Source: Diplonema japonicum (lineage: Eukaryota > Protista > Euglenozoa: Diplonemea). From it: 64,000 nucleotides of DNA. The notes beneath the pieces are model-generated. The model ran no database searches. It saw nothing but the letters and a program-made list of their open reading frames with translations, and was not told the DNA's origin. Of the stretch, positions 20,957 to 33,112 are shown piece by piece (position 1 is the first letter of the stretch; each line of letters begins with the position of its first letter). The translations under genes and the position numbers were made by a program. The stretch spans positions 186,001 to 250,000 of the forward strand of contig OZ025715.1 of assembly GCA_964019335.1 (NCBI GenBank), in the 5' to 3' direction.

Positions 20957-23900
20957 ATGGCGCCTGCCGTAGAGGAGGTCATGAAGCTGATCCAGCAGCA
21001 GCTGGATGATGCAAACAGATTGAAAACAATTGAGGCTGAGAATGCTGCCCGGAGCGAGGCGCTGCAGGAGAGGCTGGGCGACCACTACCACCGGTTGCTG
21101 CGGCAACAGAAGAAGCAGCAACAAGCGTTGCGGCCGTCACACAGCCTTGGAAGGAAATGGTCGCCAGAAAGACGCCACCAAGGCCCGGGAGCCCTCGCAT
21201 CGCCCATCAGCAGGGCTGGGTACGAATCTTCGTTCACAACTTCTCTATCTTCGACTCTAGCTTACTCTCCATCCCTTGTACCCACACCCGGTGTTAGCGA
21301 AGAGGTCTTCAACAACACAATGTACGCGTCTAGTGTTGCGGGGCGGCGTTTAGAAAAGAGGCAACAAGCCGCGGAACCGCTCCCTGCTTCCAGCGTGCAT
21401 GGCAAGACTCAGGTACCTCCTCCCGTTTCGGCACACTTCTCAACAATCCCCGTCACTCCGGAGCAAGTGCTGAAGACATTCGAATCGGTTTGTGTCACGA
21501 AGCAGCAGCAAGCGAGCAGGCACCGTCAGCAGAAGTCCTCACCGCCCCCACGCACCGCACGCCAGTCGGTGCACAACGACCATCGGGGCCGCACAGAGAG
21601 CCCGCCCCACACCGTCGATAGGATCACTGAATCCGTCCTCAAGCAGCACAGCATTCGGGTGGCTGCCATGCGCGCTGCAACATGTGCTGCGATGATCGTC
21701 AGCATCAGCAAAGCAGCCACCCGACGTGCCCCGCCCCTCCGTGCCAGTGACCGTGTCGTCGTCAAATCTGGTGTGTACCGTGGCAGGACAGCCACCGTCA
21801 ACGGCTTCGAGAACGGCTTCGTGCTGCTAAGCGGCTTGGGTACCGGCGTAGTGATGGAGCACCCCGACAACATGACGAGGAAGGAAGGCAGCAGAACGCC
21901 ATCCCCGCAAAAGGTGGTGGCGTACACAGAGTGGAAGCCCGCATCTGTCCCCCAAGACCTGAACATCACATCCCCTGGTGGCGACGAAGAGGAGGAAATG
22001 AACGCCGAGGACTACATTCACTTCAGGGAGGAAAACTTCAACACAATGTTCAACGGTGCCAACAGCACACCCAAGTACGCCTCCCTTAACGTGACGCCCC
22101 CGCACACGCCCCCCAAACAAGGTGCGAACCCCCCTCCGAAGCAGCCTAGGATGAACAAGTCCGCACTGATACGGATCGAGGCCGGGAAGGACGTCAGAGC
22201 GGCTCAGCGGTCAAGGTCCACACCCAAGCGGTATTATACATCAAAGGAGATGGTGGCCTATGCCAATAGCACACCCAAGAAGGCAGAGCAAGAAGAGGAG
22301 ATATGTGAACCACAAGCACTGGTCACAGAGGAGCCTGCTCCTGCCACGCTAGCTATGGGGTCCAAGAAACCGCTTATTCTGCCGCTTGGAAAGACTGCGA
22401 GGCGGAGTACGTCGAAAAGGCGGGAGGTGTCGCCCCAACACACCCCCGAGGTTGTCGTTGCTGAACCCTATTCACCAGAGTCGGTCAAGAACGGTGCCAC
22501 TGCAGACGAGTGGGAGGGAGAAATAGAGAGCGTGGCGGTGACACCGCAGCCCCTACCGACGCCTCCTGTAGAAAAAGGTCTGGGGACTCTTCTTGATGAT
22601 GAAGTACCTACAAAACCGGCTTCTGTCACCAGGGCAGGCAACTCATGGTCCCCGCCCAAGCTTCCTAACCTTTCCCCGAACAAGCAGTCTGTTCGCTCAA
22701 CACGCACTTCCGTCAGTGTCCCTGCTGCACCCATGACAGTCTTTTCACGTGCAGCCCCCGAGTACCGCACCCTCCCATTGCAGGCACCGTCCTTTGATGA
22801 TGACGACTACGCAGGCGACGCACTAAGCGACGAAGAGGAAATCGCTCCTCCCAGAGAGGCCGAGGCACTATGCAAGAACGAGGCCATCCAACGCAAGCTG
22901 CACGAGACAGAGGAAGGATGCGGCAGAGCGCTATGCAAAGAGAACAAAGCCGCACACATGGAAGCACTGTTCGGAAAGATGCAGGAGAGGATGTCTCTGT
23001 TCAGGTTGGAGACCGAGATGAGACGGCGAATGGACAGGCAGAGGATTGCAGGGATCGAAGCCATGAAATCATCTGCTGCTGAACAACAACACGTTCTGGT
23101 GGTACCAGTGCAAGAGGAATCCAACAGGCTGAGGATTGAGAAGGCGCAAGCAGGTGACATTGCTGCTCTCAAGAGGAAGGTTGTCTCTGCTAGGAGCAGC
23201 GTATCCAACCGACCGGCAGGCCTGCCTGTTCAAAGGGCACACCCACCAAAGAGCACTCGCCAGCAGGAACAGCTCCCTCAAAAGGTGCAGAAGCCCCAGC
23301 CACAACAACGGTCTGTGTTGCGCTCCGACTCTGTTCCATACCACCCACTTGTGGCGGAACACCAAGCGCAGTTCCTCATCATCGAGGAGCAGGCGGCACG
23401 CCACGCACTTCGAAGAGAACAACAAGAAGCCCGCACTGACCTTCGCAGGCTACGGGAGGCCGATGTTTCCGCAGCCCTCGACTCGCAGCTCCACCGCGAA
23501 GAGTCTGTCATTCGGGACCGACGCAGCGTGAGCAGCCTGCGCCATCCCTCCCCAGCCTACACCGCACAGAAGGAGAGGCAGGACGCTATCCGAGAGAAAG
23601 CCAACGCAGACAAAGAAGCTGCTTTGCAGGCTAATTACTACCCCTTGTTGAACAAACGGAGCAGTGTAGGTGTTCCAAGGAGCAGCGTACATCAACACCA
23701 GTCCATGCGGCAGCCTGTTCTGTCCGGCCCCGTTGCCGTGACCAGCGATGTGGGGATGGTGTCTAGCTACAAGAACGAAGCTGTGTACCGCGACGTGTCT
23801 GCGGAGATGGACACCTTCCTGACAGTGGCGCAGACACCAGATCCCGACAAGAGTATCGAGTTGGAGACGCCGGCGACTCAGTTCTCCCCTGCACACCGAG

Positions 23901-25427
23901 AGGCGTCGTCGCGCCTGTCTTACCGCTCACAAGGGCATGCACCATCGCAGCCACAGATACAGGGGGCGCCTCTCCAGCTACGCGCATCGAACCCGCACGA
24001 GGGCATAGGCCTGGACATCTTCATGGGAGACATCAGTGAGTACGACGATGAGAACGATCCGTTGGGCACGATCGTGGCGCCTAGCCAGGAGGGGCGGCTC
24101 TCCACGCTCAGCAGTGCACTGCTCGCCACGGAGCCACCCGAGCGGGCACCCCGCTCCACCATGTTCGGACCCGGCGAAGAAGGCGTCCTGGCCTCGCTGC
24201 TCGACCGCGAAAATGCATCGCTCCGCTCGCAGATTTCAAAGCTGCAGTCCGAGAACGCCATGAAGGACAGGCAGATCTGCACCCTGCGTGCCACATCGTC
24301 ACCTTCACCGCAACGTGCGGTTCCTGACGAAGACGAGAAAAGCAAGGACGAGGCGGGCAAAGCACTAGCAGGCAAGCTCCAGGATGCTGCTGAGAAGCGC
24401 CGTCTCGAAGAGAAGCAACAGGAAGACATGCGTAAGGAAGCAGAACGGAAGAAGGAAGAGATCAAGGCAGCTGCAAAGAAGGCCGCGGATGCGAAGGCTG
24501 CCGAGCAACGAAAGCAGAACGACAAGAAAGAATCCGTTAAAAAAGCTGCCGCAGAGAAAGCCGAGGCTGCTAAGAGACAAGCAGCTACAAAAGCGGAAGA
24601 GGCAAAGAAACAAGAACAGGAAAAGTTAGACAGAAAACACCTAGAGGCCGAACAGGAAGCAGCACGGAAGAAGGCAAAAGAAGAGGAAGAAACTGCACGA
24701 AAAGCTGAAATTGAAGCAGAGGCCATTAAAAAAGAGGCAGAAAAAAAGCAAGAAGAACAAGAAGAAGAGGAGAGAGAACACAAAAGGAAACAAGACGAGG
24801 AGAGAGAAAACAAAAAGAAACAACAGGAAGAAGAAGAAGAAGAGAGAGAAGCCAAACGAAAACAGCAAGAAGAAGAAGAACAGAGGGAAACCAAAAGAAA
24901 ACAGCAAGAAGAGGAAGAAGAAGCAAAACGGAAAAGAGAAGAAGAACTTGAGGCAGAGAAGAGAAGGGAAGAAGAGGAAAGAGAAGAAGCAGCGAGGAAA
25001 GAAGCGGAACTACAGAAAAGGCAGGAAAAAGAAGACCATGAAACGAGCATCAAAAGAGGCGCTCGGAGTGAAGCAGCCTCGGTGAGCACCGTGGATTCCA
25101 CCGTGAACAAGCGATCGTGGTACGCAAAGTGGAGCGGGAGTAAGAAGAAATATTATTTTGTGAAGGGAAATACCACCTCGTGGGAGTACCCTGCAGGAGC
25201 GGGTGACACCCTGCCATGCGTCGGGGGGCCGGAGACAGGAAACCAGATGCCAGAAAGCTTTTTCTTCGTGAAGGAAGTTGTGCCAAAGGAACCAACACCA
25301 AAAGGTAAGAAAGTAAACAAAAAAGAAAAAAAAAAAAAAAAAAAAAATCCCACACAGCCCAGCCAAAGCGAAGCAGTTTTATAATTGTGGACAAGACGCC
25401 TGATAAAAAGCCAGGTATTTTCAAGGG

Positions 25428-25471
<44 letters not shown>

Positions 25472-25744
25472 CCAAAGAAAAACCGGTTGCAAAAGCCAGC
25501 ATAATGTCCAGTTCTTCTTCCAGTTCTTCAGAGGTCGTTAAACCTGTTAGGAGAAGGGTCGACTCCGTGTCGTCAGATTCAAGGTAGGTTTTTTTTTTTC
25601 TTTCTTTTTTTTTTCTTTTTTTTTTTTTTTTTCTCAATTATTCCCCCCTCCAGCTCCAGCAGTGTGAGACGCCGCTACTCGGACGACTCTAGTTCTGTGT
25701 CCAGCAGCTCAACAGGCGAGTTTAGAGATATTGACGATGATTAG
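20957..25744 (+). CDS. Large low-complexity/coiled-coil protein with KOW-like and WW-like motifs
   Basis: 1487-aa ORF extended by inferred introns 25305-25357, 25415-25477 and 25584-25653 to TAG at 25742-25744. KOW-like DRVVVKSGVYRGRTATV; WW-like WYAKWSGSKKKYYFVKGNTTSWEYP; E/K/R charged helix. Confidence 0.75.
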
Positions 25745-26127
25745 CCAATATAAGAACACCAAAACAACATTCCATCCACTTGGGTTGTCTGTTCAGAAAG
25801 ATTTCCCGGATTTCTTTTTTTTTTATTAGTAGATATCAGTACATAAATTAGTGGAGGGAGGGATTCCTTTTGTGTTTTTTTTTAAAAAAAAAAAGGGCCA
25901 ATGGGAACAATATTATAGAACCGGATGCTTTTTTTTTTCTTTTTTTTTTCTTTTAATCCCTTCCCCCCCCCATTTCCCTCAATCCCCTCCCGCCCCCTTC
26001 TTTTATATCCTATAGATTGGTATACACTTGTGTCTATTTTCTTAGTTTTTTTTTTTTTTTTTTTTACGGGAAAATAATTTTTTTTGAAAACACATAAAAA
26101 AAAAAGGGAGGTAGAAAGAAAAAAAAA

Positions 26128-26745
26128 ATGGAGGCTCAAAGAGATGGATACGAACTTGTGCACTGGATGGGGGACAACGGATCTTCTTCAGGCTGGCAGG
26201 TCAGTGGGCTGAGAGAAGGTGACATGCGCGTGGAGACCGCAGACTTGTACACAAGAAGAGACACGATAGGCCAGTGGAAGAAAATGCTGCAGAAGGAACC
26301 TCCTAAAAAGAAGGCTTGTAAGTACAGCAAAGCAGAGGCGCAAAGCCTGCTTGTTGGGTTCCAGAAAGGTTCCTCGCAGAGGCAAGGGTTTGTGCTGACA
26401 TGCTACATCACAGGGCAGAGCTTTGCTTTCAACGAGATTACCAGGGCAGCTGCCCTCCGCCGCCAACTTGTCACCGACTGCCTCACGACGGGAGGCATCC
26501 CCAAGAAAATTGTGAAATTCAAAGCTCCTACTGCGCCTGTTCCGTGCTTTACTTCCACCGGAGAGCTTCTAGGTGGTACCGGTGAGGAGTACCGTAAGGA
26601 GGCAGCAGAGTACAACAAGGAAGCCCTTGCCAACTACAAGACATCTATGCAGGCTGTACTCACTTGGGCGGCAGCCAACCTGAACGAGGGGACTGGAAAG
26701 ATAAACAATCTGCTTATGTCCGCGTTGCCAGGGTGTGTGCTTTGG

Positions 26746-26792
<47 letters not shown>

Positions 26793-26874
26793 CATCAAAA
26801 GTCCGCGAAGAGAGCCCGTGAGGTGACCCCTGTGAAGATTGAATTCCTCGAAGAACTGGTGTGTGCTATTTAAC

Positions 26875-26905
<31 letters not shown>

Positions 26906-27002
26906 TCTAATACACAGGAGAGGGAGAACCTATTCAACACCGCAGACCAGAACAAACGCAAAACGCTTACTGTGGGGGAGTGTTGGAAGGTAAATGGGGA
27001 AG

Positions 27003-27033
<31 letters not shown>

Positions 27034-27523
27034 GGTTGCGTCAAAGTGGCCTGAGTTTGACCACAGGGAGGCGGTCATGCAAGCATTCACACTCGCGGAT
27101 GCAGATGGGAGCAAAAGCCTGACACAGAAGGGGTTCACAAGATTCCTGAAGTACCTGTCGCTACTGAGCGACTACTGGCACGTGTTCTCAAGGCACAGTG
27201 TGAAGGACGATGTGAAAAAGGCAGAGTGGCTGGACCTGTGCCCCAAGATGCTTGGAGTGGACTTGACCGCCTCAGAGAAGGACAGCATGTATGAGGACAT
27301 GAACTCAACTAAGGAACCGGCGGTTTCGAAAGATGTTGTCTGTGCCTATCTCGCACGAATTCAGGGGGATGCGGATCTCGAACATCTAGCTAAGGAGACA
27401 ACTAGCCCGCCTCGTCGGGGGTCTTCCGTGTGGGCCGACATTTCCAAAGCAAAGTCGTGGAAACGTAATTCGTCAGCTACTGGTGCGCCGAGAGGCAGGA
27501 GGGCATCTAAAGCTCATAAATAG
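26128..27523 (+). CDS. EF-hand protein resembling flagellar calcium-binding proteins (4 exons)
   Basis: Introns 26733-26788, 26859-26917 and 26990-27031 join three ORFs. The spliced sequence is RENLFNTADQNKRKTLTVGECWKAVASKWPEFDHREAVMQAFTLADADGSKSL. Confidence 0.75.
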
Positions 27524-28325
27524 TTGTGACTTTTTTTTTTTTTTTTTTTTTTAAATTTTATCCTCTTTGTGAGTGATTTTCTCTTTCTCTCTTCTTCGCC
27601 CCCTTTCTCCCCCTAAATGACGCGGCCACATTCCCCCTCTTTAGCCCGTCGTTTTTTTTTTTTTTTTAAATTTTTCAACAATTTTTTTTTGAGATCTGGT
27701 GCGGGGGAAAAAAAAAGGGGGGAAAAAAAAAAGAAGAAGCTGTTCTTTTTTTTTTCCTTTTTTTTTCTTCGTTCTTCCCCCTTCCTATGTGTTTTTTTTC
27801 CCCCCCTCTCTTTTTTTTTTCCTTTTTTTTTCTCTTCTCCTTCTCTCGGTTGGGAGAAGCGGGAGAGGTTTTAAAAAAAAAGGGAAAAAAAAAGGGGGGG
27901 AAGGAAAGAAGAGAAAAAAAAAAGAGTGGAAAAAAAAAATAAAAGAAAAAAGAAAAAAAGAAAAAAAAGGAAAAAGAAAGAGCCCAATCAATGTTAAGTC
28001 GCCCCGTTCCAAGCTAGCATTAGTAAAAGCTTTTCTTCACTGTTGGATACCGTTTTTTTTTCCCTTCTTTTTTTGTAGTTCATACATCCCCCCTCCCCCC
28101 TTTAGACGTGGACCCAAGATAGGGAAGGGGGCAAAAAAAAAAAAAGAAAAAAAAAAACCAAGAAGATCTTTTTTATCCTTCTTCTCCCCTTTATTTTTTG
28201 CGATGCCAAGTTTCGATTGTCAGTGCTTCAAGAAGAGAAAAAAAAAAATAAAAAAAAATAAAAAAAGAGAACTATTTTTCTGAACTGAGCAGCGCAAAAT
28301 TTTGCATTTTGCTAGTACCGAGATT

Positions 28326-28362
<37 letters not shown>

Positions 28363-28369
28363 CTTTCCA

Positions 28370-28672
28370 GGTGGTGGGGATAACATGAAAATATAAGAAA
28401 ACCATCAGATGTGTTGTTCGCTGTTGACCTCCTCGTCGGTCATCACCGGTAGCGCCCGAGTGGAAGAACGTAATGCAGATGCTCAGGGTGGCGAACAGGC
28501 AGCAAACTGCACGAGCGCAGAATCTTGGTTACCCGGGACGCACCGGCTGGGGTTGAGCTGTACACCGCACGCATTAAGGACACGACGCGGAACGCAGAAG
28601 AAGCTACAACTCGGCCGCGGCGCGCCCCCTGTAATCAAGTAGACAGTTCTTGTGCAGGGCGCCGCCAACACC
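28370..28672. repeat. Dispersed ~300-bp GC-rich repeat, family A, copy 1
   Basis: High identity to 36062-36331 and colinear blocks with 47417-47526. Confidence 0.9.
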
Positions 28673-28967
28673 GGCCTCCTTTAACTCATATATTTTTTTT
28701 TTTGTTTCCCCTCTTCTTCTTGTTTTCTTTTTTTTTTTCTCCCTTCCATCCATTGCGAAAGAGAAAAAAAAACCCCCCTCCCTTCCCCTCCCCAAATAGT
28801 TGTCTAGTCTTTTTTTTATTTTTATTTTTTTTTTTATTTGTATCCACCCATTTTTTTTTTGTTTACCACCCCCGCCCCTTTTTTATTTTCCAATACCCTA
28901 AGTCTTGTTATTCGCTAATTTAATTTAAAAAAAAAAACTACTTTAAAAAAAAAAAAGGTTACACATA

Positions 28968-29831
28968 ATGGCAACCCAACCCATAAAATCATGGTCAAGG
29001 TACCCAAAAGTAAGGCTTCTAGGCACGGGCAGTTTTGGTCATGTATATGTTTGTAAAGAGCAAGACGGAAGCAATGTGGTTCTGAAGAGGACAGTCGTGG
29101 ACCAAGCAGGGTCGAAACTGTTGGAAGCAAGCGCAACAGAGGTATACGTGTTGAGCGTTCTCAGCCATATGAACATCTTGCGGTACCTTGACCACTTCGT
29201 TGATGATGAGAGCCATCTCAACATTGTGACAGAGTTCTGCGAGGGCGGTGATCTGGGCAAGTTAATCTCGAAGAAAAAAGATGAAAACAGCAGTCTCGAT
29301 CCCCAACAAGTCATCAGCATCGTCTTCCAAGTCCTCAACGGGGTCAGATACTTCCATGCGTCACAGGTCATCCACAGAGACCTTAAACCAAGCAACATTT
29401 TCCTAACCCTTGACTCGATCGTTAAAATCGGAGATTTCGGGATCTCACGAATGCTGTCCAGCCACAGCATGGCGACAACGATGGCCGGGACACCGTTTTA
29501 CATCTCACCGGAGGTTTGTAATAATTGCAGTTACACCCACCCGTCGGATATGTGGAGCGTAGGGTGTATTATTTATGAGCTTTTGACGTTAAACCGGCCC
29601 TTCACAGGCCCGAATATTCTGTGCATTGCTAAGGCGGTGTCGGCGTGCGAATACCCTGCGCTGCCGCCGTCGAGGCTGGCTGATGTTGTTGCGTCGTTGT
29701 TGGTTTTGGACCCGACAAAACGAGCGACCGCCGAGGATGTTCTCGTGAAATATTTTTCGTACAGCAACCCGGTGAAGACCGAGATTCGACAGATTTTGCA
29801 CGACGCCTTGTGTGAACAGGGAATGCGGTGA
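28968..29831 (+). CDS. NIMA-related (NEK) Ser/Thr kinase, kinase domain only
   Basis: LGTGSFG, VVLK, HRDLKPSNIFL, KIGDFG, GTPFYISPE and SDMWSVG. Confidence 0.93.
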   Translation: MATQPIKSWSRYPKVRLLGTGSFGHVYVCKEQDGSNVVLKRTVVDQAGSKLLEASATEVYVLSVLSHMNILRYLDHFVDDESHLNIVTEFCEGGDLGKLISKKKDENSSLDPQQVISIVFQVLNGVRYFHASQVIHRDLKPSNIFLTLDSIVKIGDFGISRMLSSHSMATTMAGTPFYISPEVCNNCSYTHPSDMWSVGCIIYELLTLNRPFTGPNILCIAKAVSACEYPALPPSRLADVVASLLVLDPTKRATAEDVLVKYFSYSNPVKTEIRQILHDALCEQGMR

Positions 29832-29833
29832 AG

Positions 29834-29861
<28 letters not shown>

Positions 29862-29864
<3 letters not shown>

Positions 29865-30077
29865 CCGGCCCTTCACAGACCCGAAATATTCTGTGCATGG
29901 TGTCGGCATGCGAATACCCTGCGCTGCCGCCGGCAAAACAGGCGACCCCGTGAGGATGCGGTGAAGAATTTAAAAATAGGCCTACCCCCGCGCTGCCGCC
30001 GTCGAGGCTGGCTGATGTTACGTCGTTGTTGGTGAAGTATTTTTTCGTACAGCAACCCGGTGAAGACCGAGGTTCGA

Positions 30078-30078
<1 letters not shown>
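29862..30078 (+). repeat. Two deleted tandem copies of the NEK gene 3' end
   Basis: Blocks match 29591-29845 with substitutions and internal deletions. Confidence 0.85.
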
Positions 30079-30110
<32 letters not shown>

Positions 30111-30163
30111 AAAAAAAAAAAAGGGGCCAAACACAACACCCCCTCCTTCAGGATAGATCCTTT

Positions 30164-31387
30164 ATGGCAAACGATTTCGACGACAGTGGTGTTGGTCGTG
30201 ATGTTAAATGGGTTCTTTTAATCCTCGGGCTTCTTCTCTTGTTCTGTGTGTTCATCACTATCGTGTACATATTCAAACGGCTTTTGGAGAAGAAAAAGGA
30301 AACTGAGGAGAACGATCGACTAGACCGCGACTACGCCACAGCACCATGGCTGAAAAAAGTTCTTCTGGCAGAGCACCACACGCACGAAGCGGTTAAGAAG
30401 GTGGACAACACAGGAAACAGCCCCCCACCCCCTCCCGACCCCCCGGTTTTCAAGGGGATAAACATGATATTATCCATAATCGAAGAAAGGGTTCGACAGC
30501 AAGAAATCGCTGCAAAACGACGGCAGGCCAAGATGATGGAGAAGAAATATACGAAACTAATTGTTGTGACTGTGAACGGTAGCGACCTGGGAATGCCAGC
30601 TGTGAGCAGTCTTGTAACGTTGTTCAACGCATACTATAAGTCAGCAGAGCACATTTTAGGATTCGAACCAGCACAGGCTACAACATTTACCTTTACTGAC
30701 AACGTTTTGTTTGTGATTATCGATGGTGTTGACGTTGGCACCGAACCTGACCAAAATATAACCTTCGACAAAACCATTCACAATATAGTCGATAGAATTC
30801 AAGCCGCCGGTGCGAAGCTTGTCATCCTCCATGACTGCCACCCAAGCTACCCCAGCGTTATGAAACGGTTCAGAGCCAAGCTCACTGGTTCGGCAGACAG
30901 GGCGAAATATATTTTCACGGAGAACAAGACTGAAACAATATCTGGCGACATCATATCGATCAAACAGGTGGAGGGGAGTAGTTCTGAGTTTCGGTCGTCT
31001 GCTCTGCTTGAGTCTCTTCTCGCCTTTCTCCGTACAAACTTCGTGAAGGAGAAGCTCACATATCTCGACCTTGTGGTGATGATGTCGCGCCACCTGAACG
31101 ACCCCTTCGCCCGCGTCCAGATAAAATCCACCTCTAACTTCACACCGGACTGTCCGGTGCCCCTCATTTACCCTTCCCCTGCGGGTTCGGCAGGGACAAC
31201 CATCGGCGGCTCTAACCCCGATTCGAAGACGAATAATGACGTGTTTTACGAGTCACCTTATATCCACAACCCGCTTGAGGAGGTGTTCCCGGTTTCCCCC
31301 AGAAGGATCGCCGATGCCAACTGGATGGTTTACGATGCGCCCCGCGTGCGGCACGCACCCGCGCAGAAGGAATGGATGCTTGGGTGA
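30164..31387 (+). CDS. Single-pass membrane protein with a degenerate metacaspase-like domain
   Basis: Transmembrane segment WVLLILGLLLLFCVFITIVYIF. C-terminal motif order resembles caspase-fold C14 peptidases (AGAKLVILHDCH, GDIISI, TYLDLVVMMSRHL, VQIKSTSNF). Confidence 0.6.
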   Translation: MANDFDDSGVGRDVKWVLLILGLLLLFCVFITIVYIFKRLLEKKKETEENDRLDRDYATAPWLKKVLLAEHHTHEAVKKVDNTGNSPPPPPDPPVFKGINMILSIIEERVRQQEIAAKRRQAKMMEKKYTKLIVVTVNGSDLGMPAVSSLVTLFNAYYKSAEHILGFEPAQATTFTFTDNVLFVIIDGVDVGTEPDQNITFDKTIHNIVDRIQAAGAKLVILHDCHPSYPSVMKRFRAKLTGSADRAKYIFTENKTETISGDIISIKQVEGSSSEFRSSALLESLLAFLRTNFVKEKLTYLDLVVMMSRHLNDPFARVQIKSTSNFTPDCPVPLIYPSPAGSAGTTIGGSNPDSKTNNDVFYESPYIHNPLEEVFPVSPRRIADANWMVYDAPRVRHAPAQKEWMLG

Positions 31388-31568
31388 AAAAACCAAACCA
31401 AAGGGATTTTTCCAACTCTTTTTATTTTTTATTTTTTTTTTATTATTTCTTTTAGAATCTTTTTTTTTTTTTTTTTTTTTAGAATGGAATTCCCCCCCCC
31501 CCTTTTTTATTCAACAAAAAAATAATAATTACTAAATCCAAGGGGAAAAAAAAAAAAAAAAAAAAAAA

Positions 31569-32756
31569 ATGTTGTCAAAAGCGTTCGTGCTAGCATGCAC
31601 GATGGGTAGCGCACTGGGGTGCAGTTACGTGGGGATCACAGCGCCCAATGGGGAAGAGGTTGTGGGCAGGACGATGGAGGCGGGTGCTGGTGGTACCGTG
31701 GACCACATGCAGTGGGAGGTGTTGAAGATCCCCCCGAGGACCATGATGCCGCACAACTCCGCCGCCGCGGCCTGCTACGGAACACCCTTCCCGGACTACG
31801 AGATGCTGTACGGAACGGTGGCGATCGCCCTCCCCTTCGGGAACGGGCAGTACCTGTTCACAGACGGGATGAACGACCAAGGACTCACCGTCGGCATGCA
31901 CATCCTCCGAGAGGCAAAATACGAACCCATCGCACCAAACATGCAAAACAGCCTGTGCTACTCTGACATCAACGGATGGCTCCTCGGGCAATTCTCATCT
32001 GTTTCCGACATGCGGGAGCGCCTCCCAAACACTCACATTGTCTACAACCCTCAGGTGTCAACAACAAGAGGAATGTGGACTGTCACCGACGCAGAAGGCG
32101 AACACGCAGTTCTCGAATGGACAGACGGGCATCTCACAATAGTAAACAACACTTTGAAAGTTCTTTCAAACGATCCGACATATACATGGCATGTTAAGAA
32201 CCTTGAGAATTACATGCAGGTTTCGCCATACTGGCAGGACCAGTCGAAGATCTCAATTATGACTGATTATGGTGAGGTTCCTGTACAGAAGGCCCACGGT
32301 GTTAACCTCGGTGGGCTTCCCGGAGATGCCATGCCCGCCTCCAGGTTTGCCCGGCTATTCTACATGAAGCAAATCTCGGAGCTGGTCAACCCCATGAAGA
32401 ATATCAACGACGCCATCAACCTGATAACGGCGGTGTTAAATTCCGTTTTCATCCCCAAAGGATCCGTCGCTAGCAAGGTAGATGTACCTGACTTCACTGG
32501 GACATACATTACTCCATCCATGGCTAAGACGGGGTATAGGGGTTTTGATTATACAGAGTGGAGCGCTCTTAAGGTTACCACTACAAAGCAGTATATGATG
32601 AAGACCTATATGGATAATCAGTGGAAGCTTATTGATTTAACGAAGATTCATTGGGGGACGCGAGTGACTTCTACGCCTTTGTTCGACGGGCAGACTGGGA
32701 TCAAGGATATTACACCAACGTTTAAAAGCGTGGGTACAAACGGGTTGAAGGAATAG
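31569..32756 (+). CDS. Secreted Ntn-hydrolase, choloylglycine hydrolase / penicillin V acylase family
   Basis: Signal peptide ending ALG, followed directly by nucleophile Cys18. Motifs GRTME, DGMNDQGL, SNDP and LPGDAMPASRF. Confidence 0.92.
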   Translation: MLSKAFVLACTMGSALGCSYVGITAPNGEEVVGRTMEAGAGGTVDHMQWEVLKIPPRTMMPHNSAAAACYGTPFPDYEMLYGTVAIALPFGNGQYLFTDGMNDQGLTVGMHILREAKYEPIAPNMQNSLCYSDINGWLLGQFSSVSDMRERLPNTHIVYNPQVSTTRGMWTVTDAEGEHAVLEWTDGHLTIVNNTLKVLSNDPTYTWHVKNLENYMQVSPYWQDQSKISIMTDYGEVPVQKAHGVNLGGLPGDAMPASRFARLFYMKQISELVNPMKNINDAINLITAVLNSVFIPKGSVASKVDVPDFTGTYITPSMAKTGYRGFDYTEWSALKVTTTKQYMMKTYMDNQWKLIDLTKIHWGTRVTSTPLFDGQTGIKDITPTFKSVGTNGLKE

Positions 32757-33078
32757 AAAAAAAAAAAAAAAAAAAAAAATGGGATTTTTTTAAAAATTTT
32801 ATACCTGCTTTTTTTTAAAATCCTGTTTTTTTTTTTTAATCCCGTTTTCTGAAAAAAAGAAGAAAGAAAAAGAAAGTGGTGAAGGCAATTCTCAGAGTGT
32901 CGAGACATGAAAACTACTTAACTTCCCCCTTCAAAGTAATAGTTTCACCGTTCTCCCTGTGCCTGCATCGCCCGCGCCATGCGCTTGTGGTGAATAATGC
33001 AGAGCAAAAAAACCACCCGAGGGAACGGTAGAAGCCGTTACTTTGTTGGCAGTCGTTCTTCACCATCACCAATTTCAA

Positions 33079-33112
<34 letters not shown>

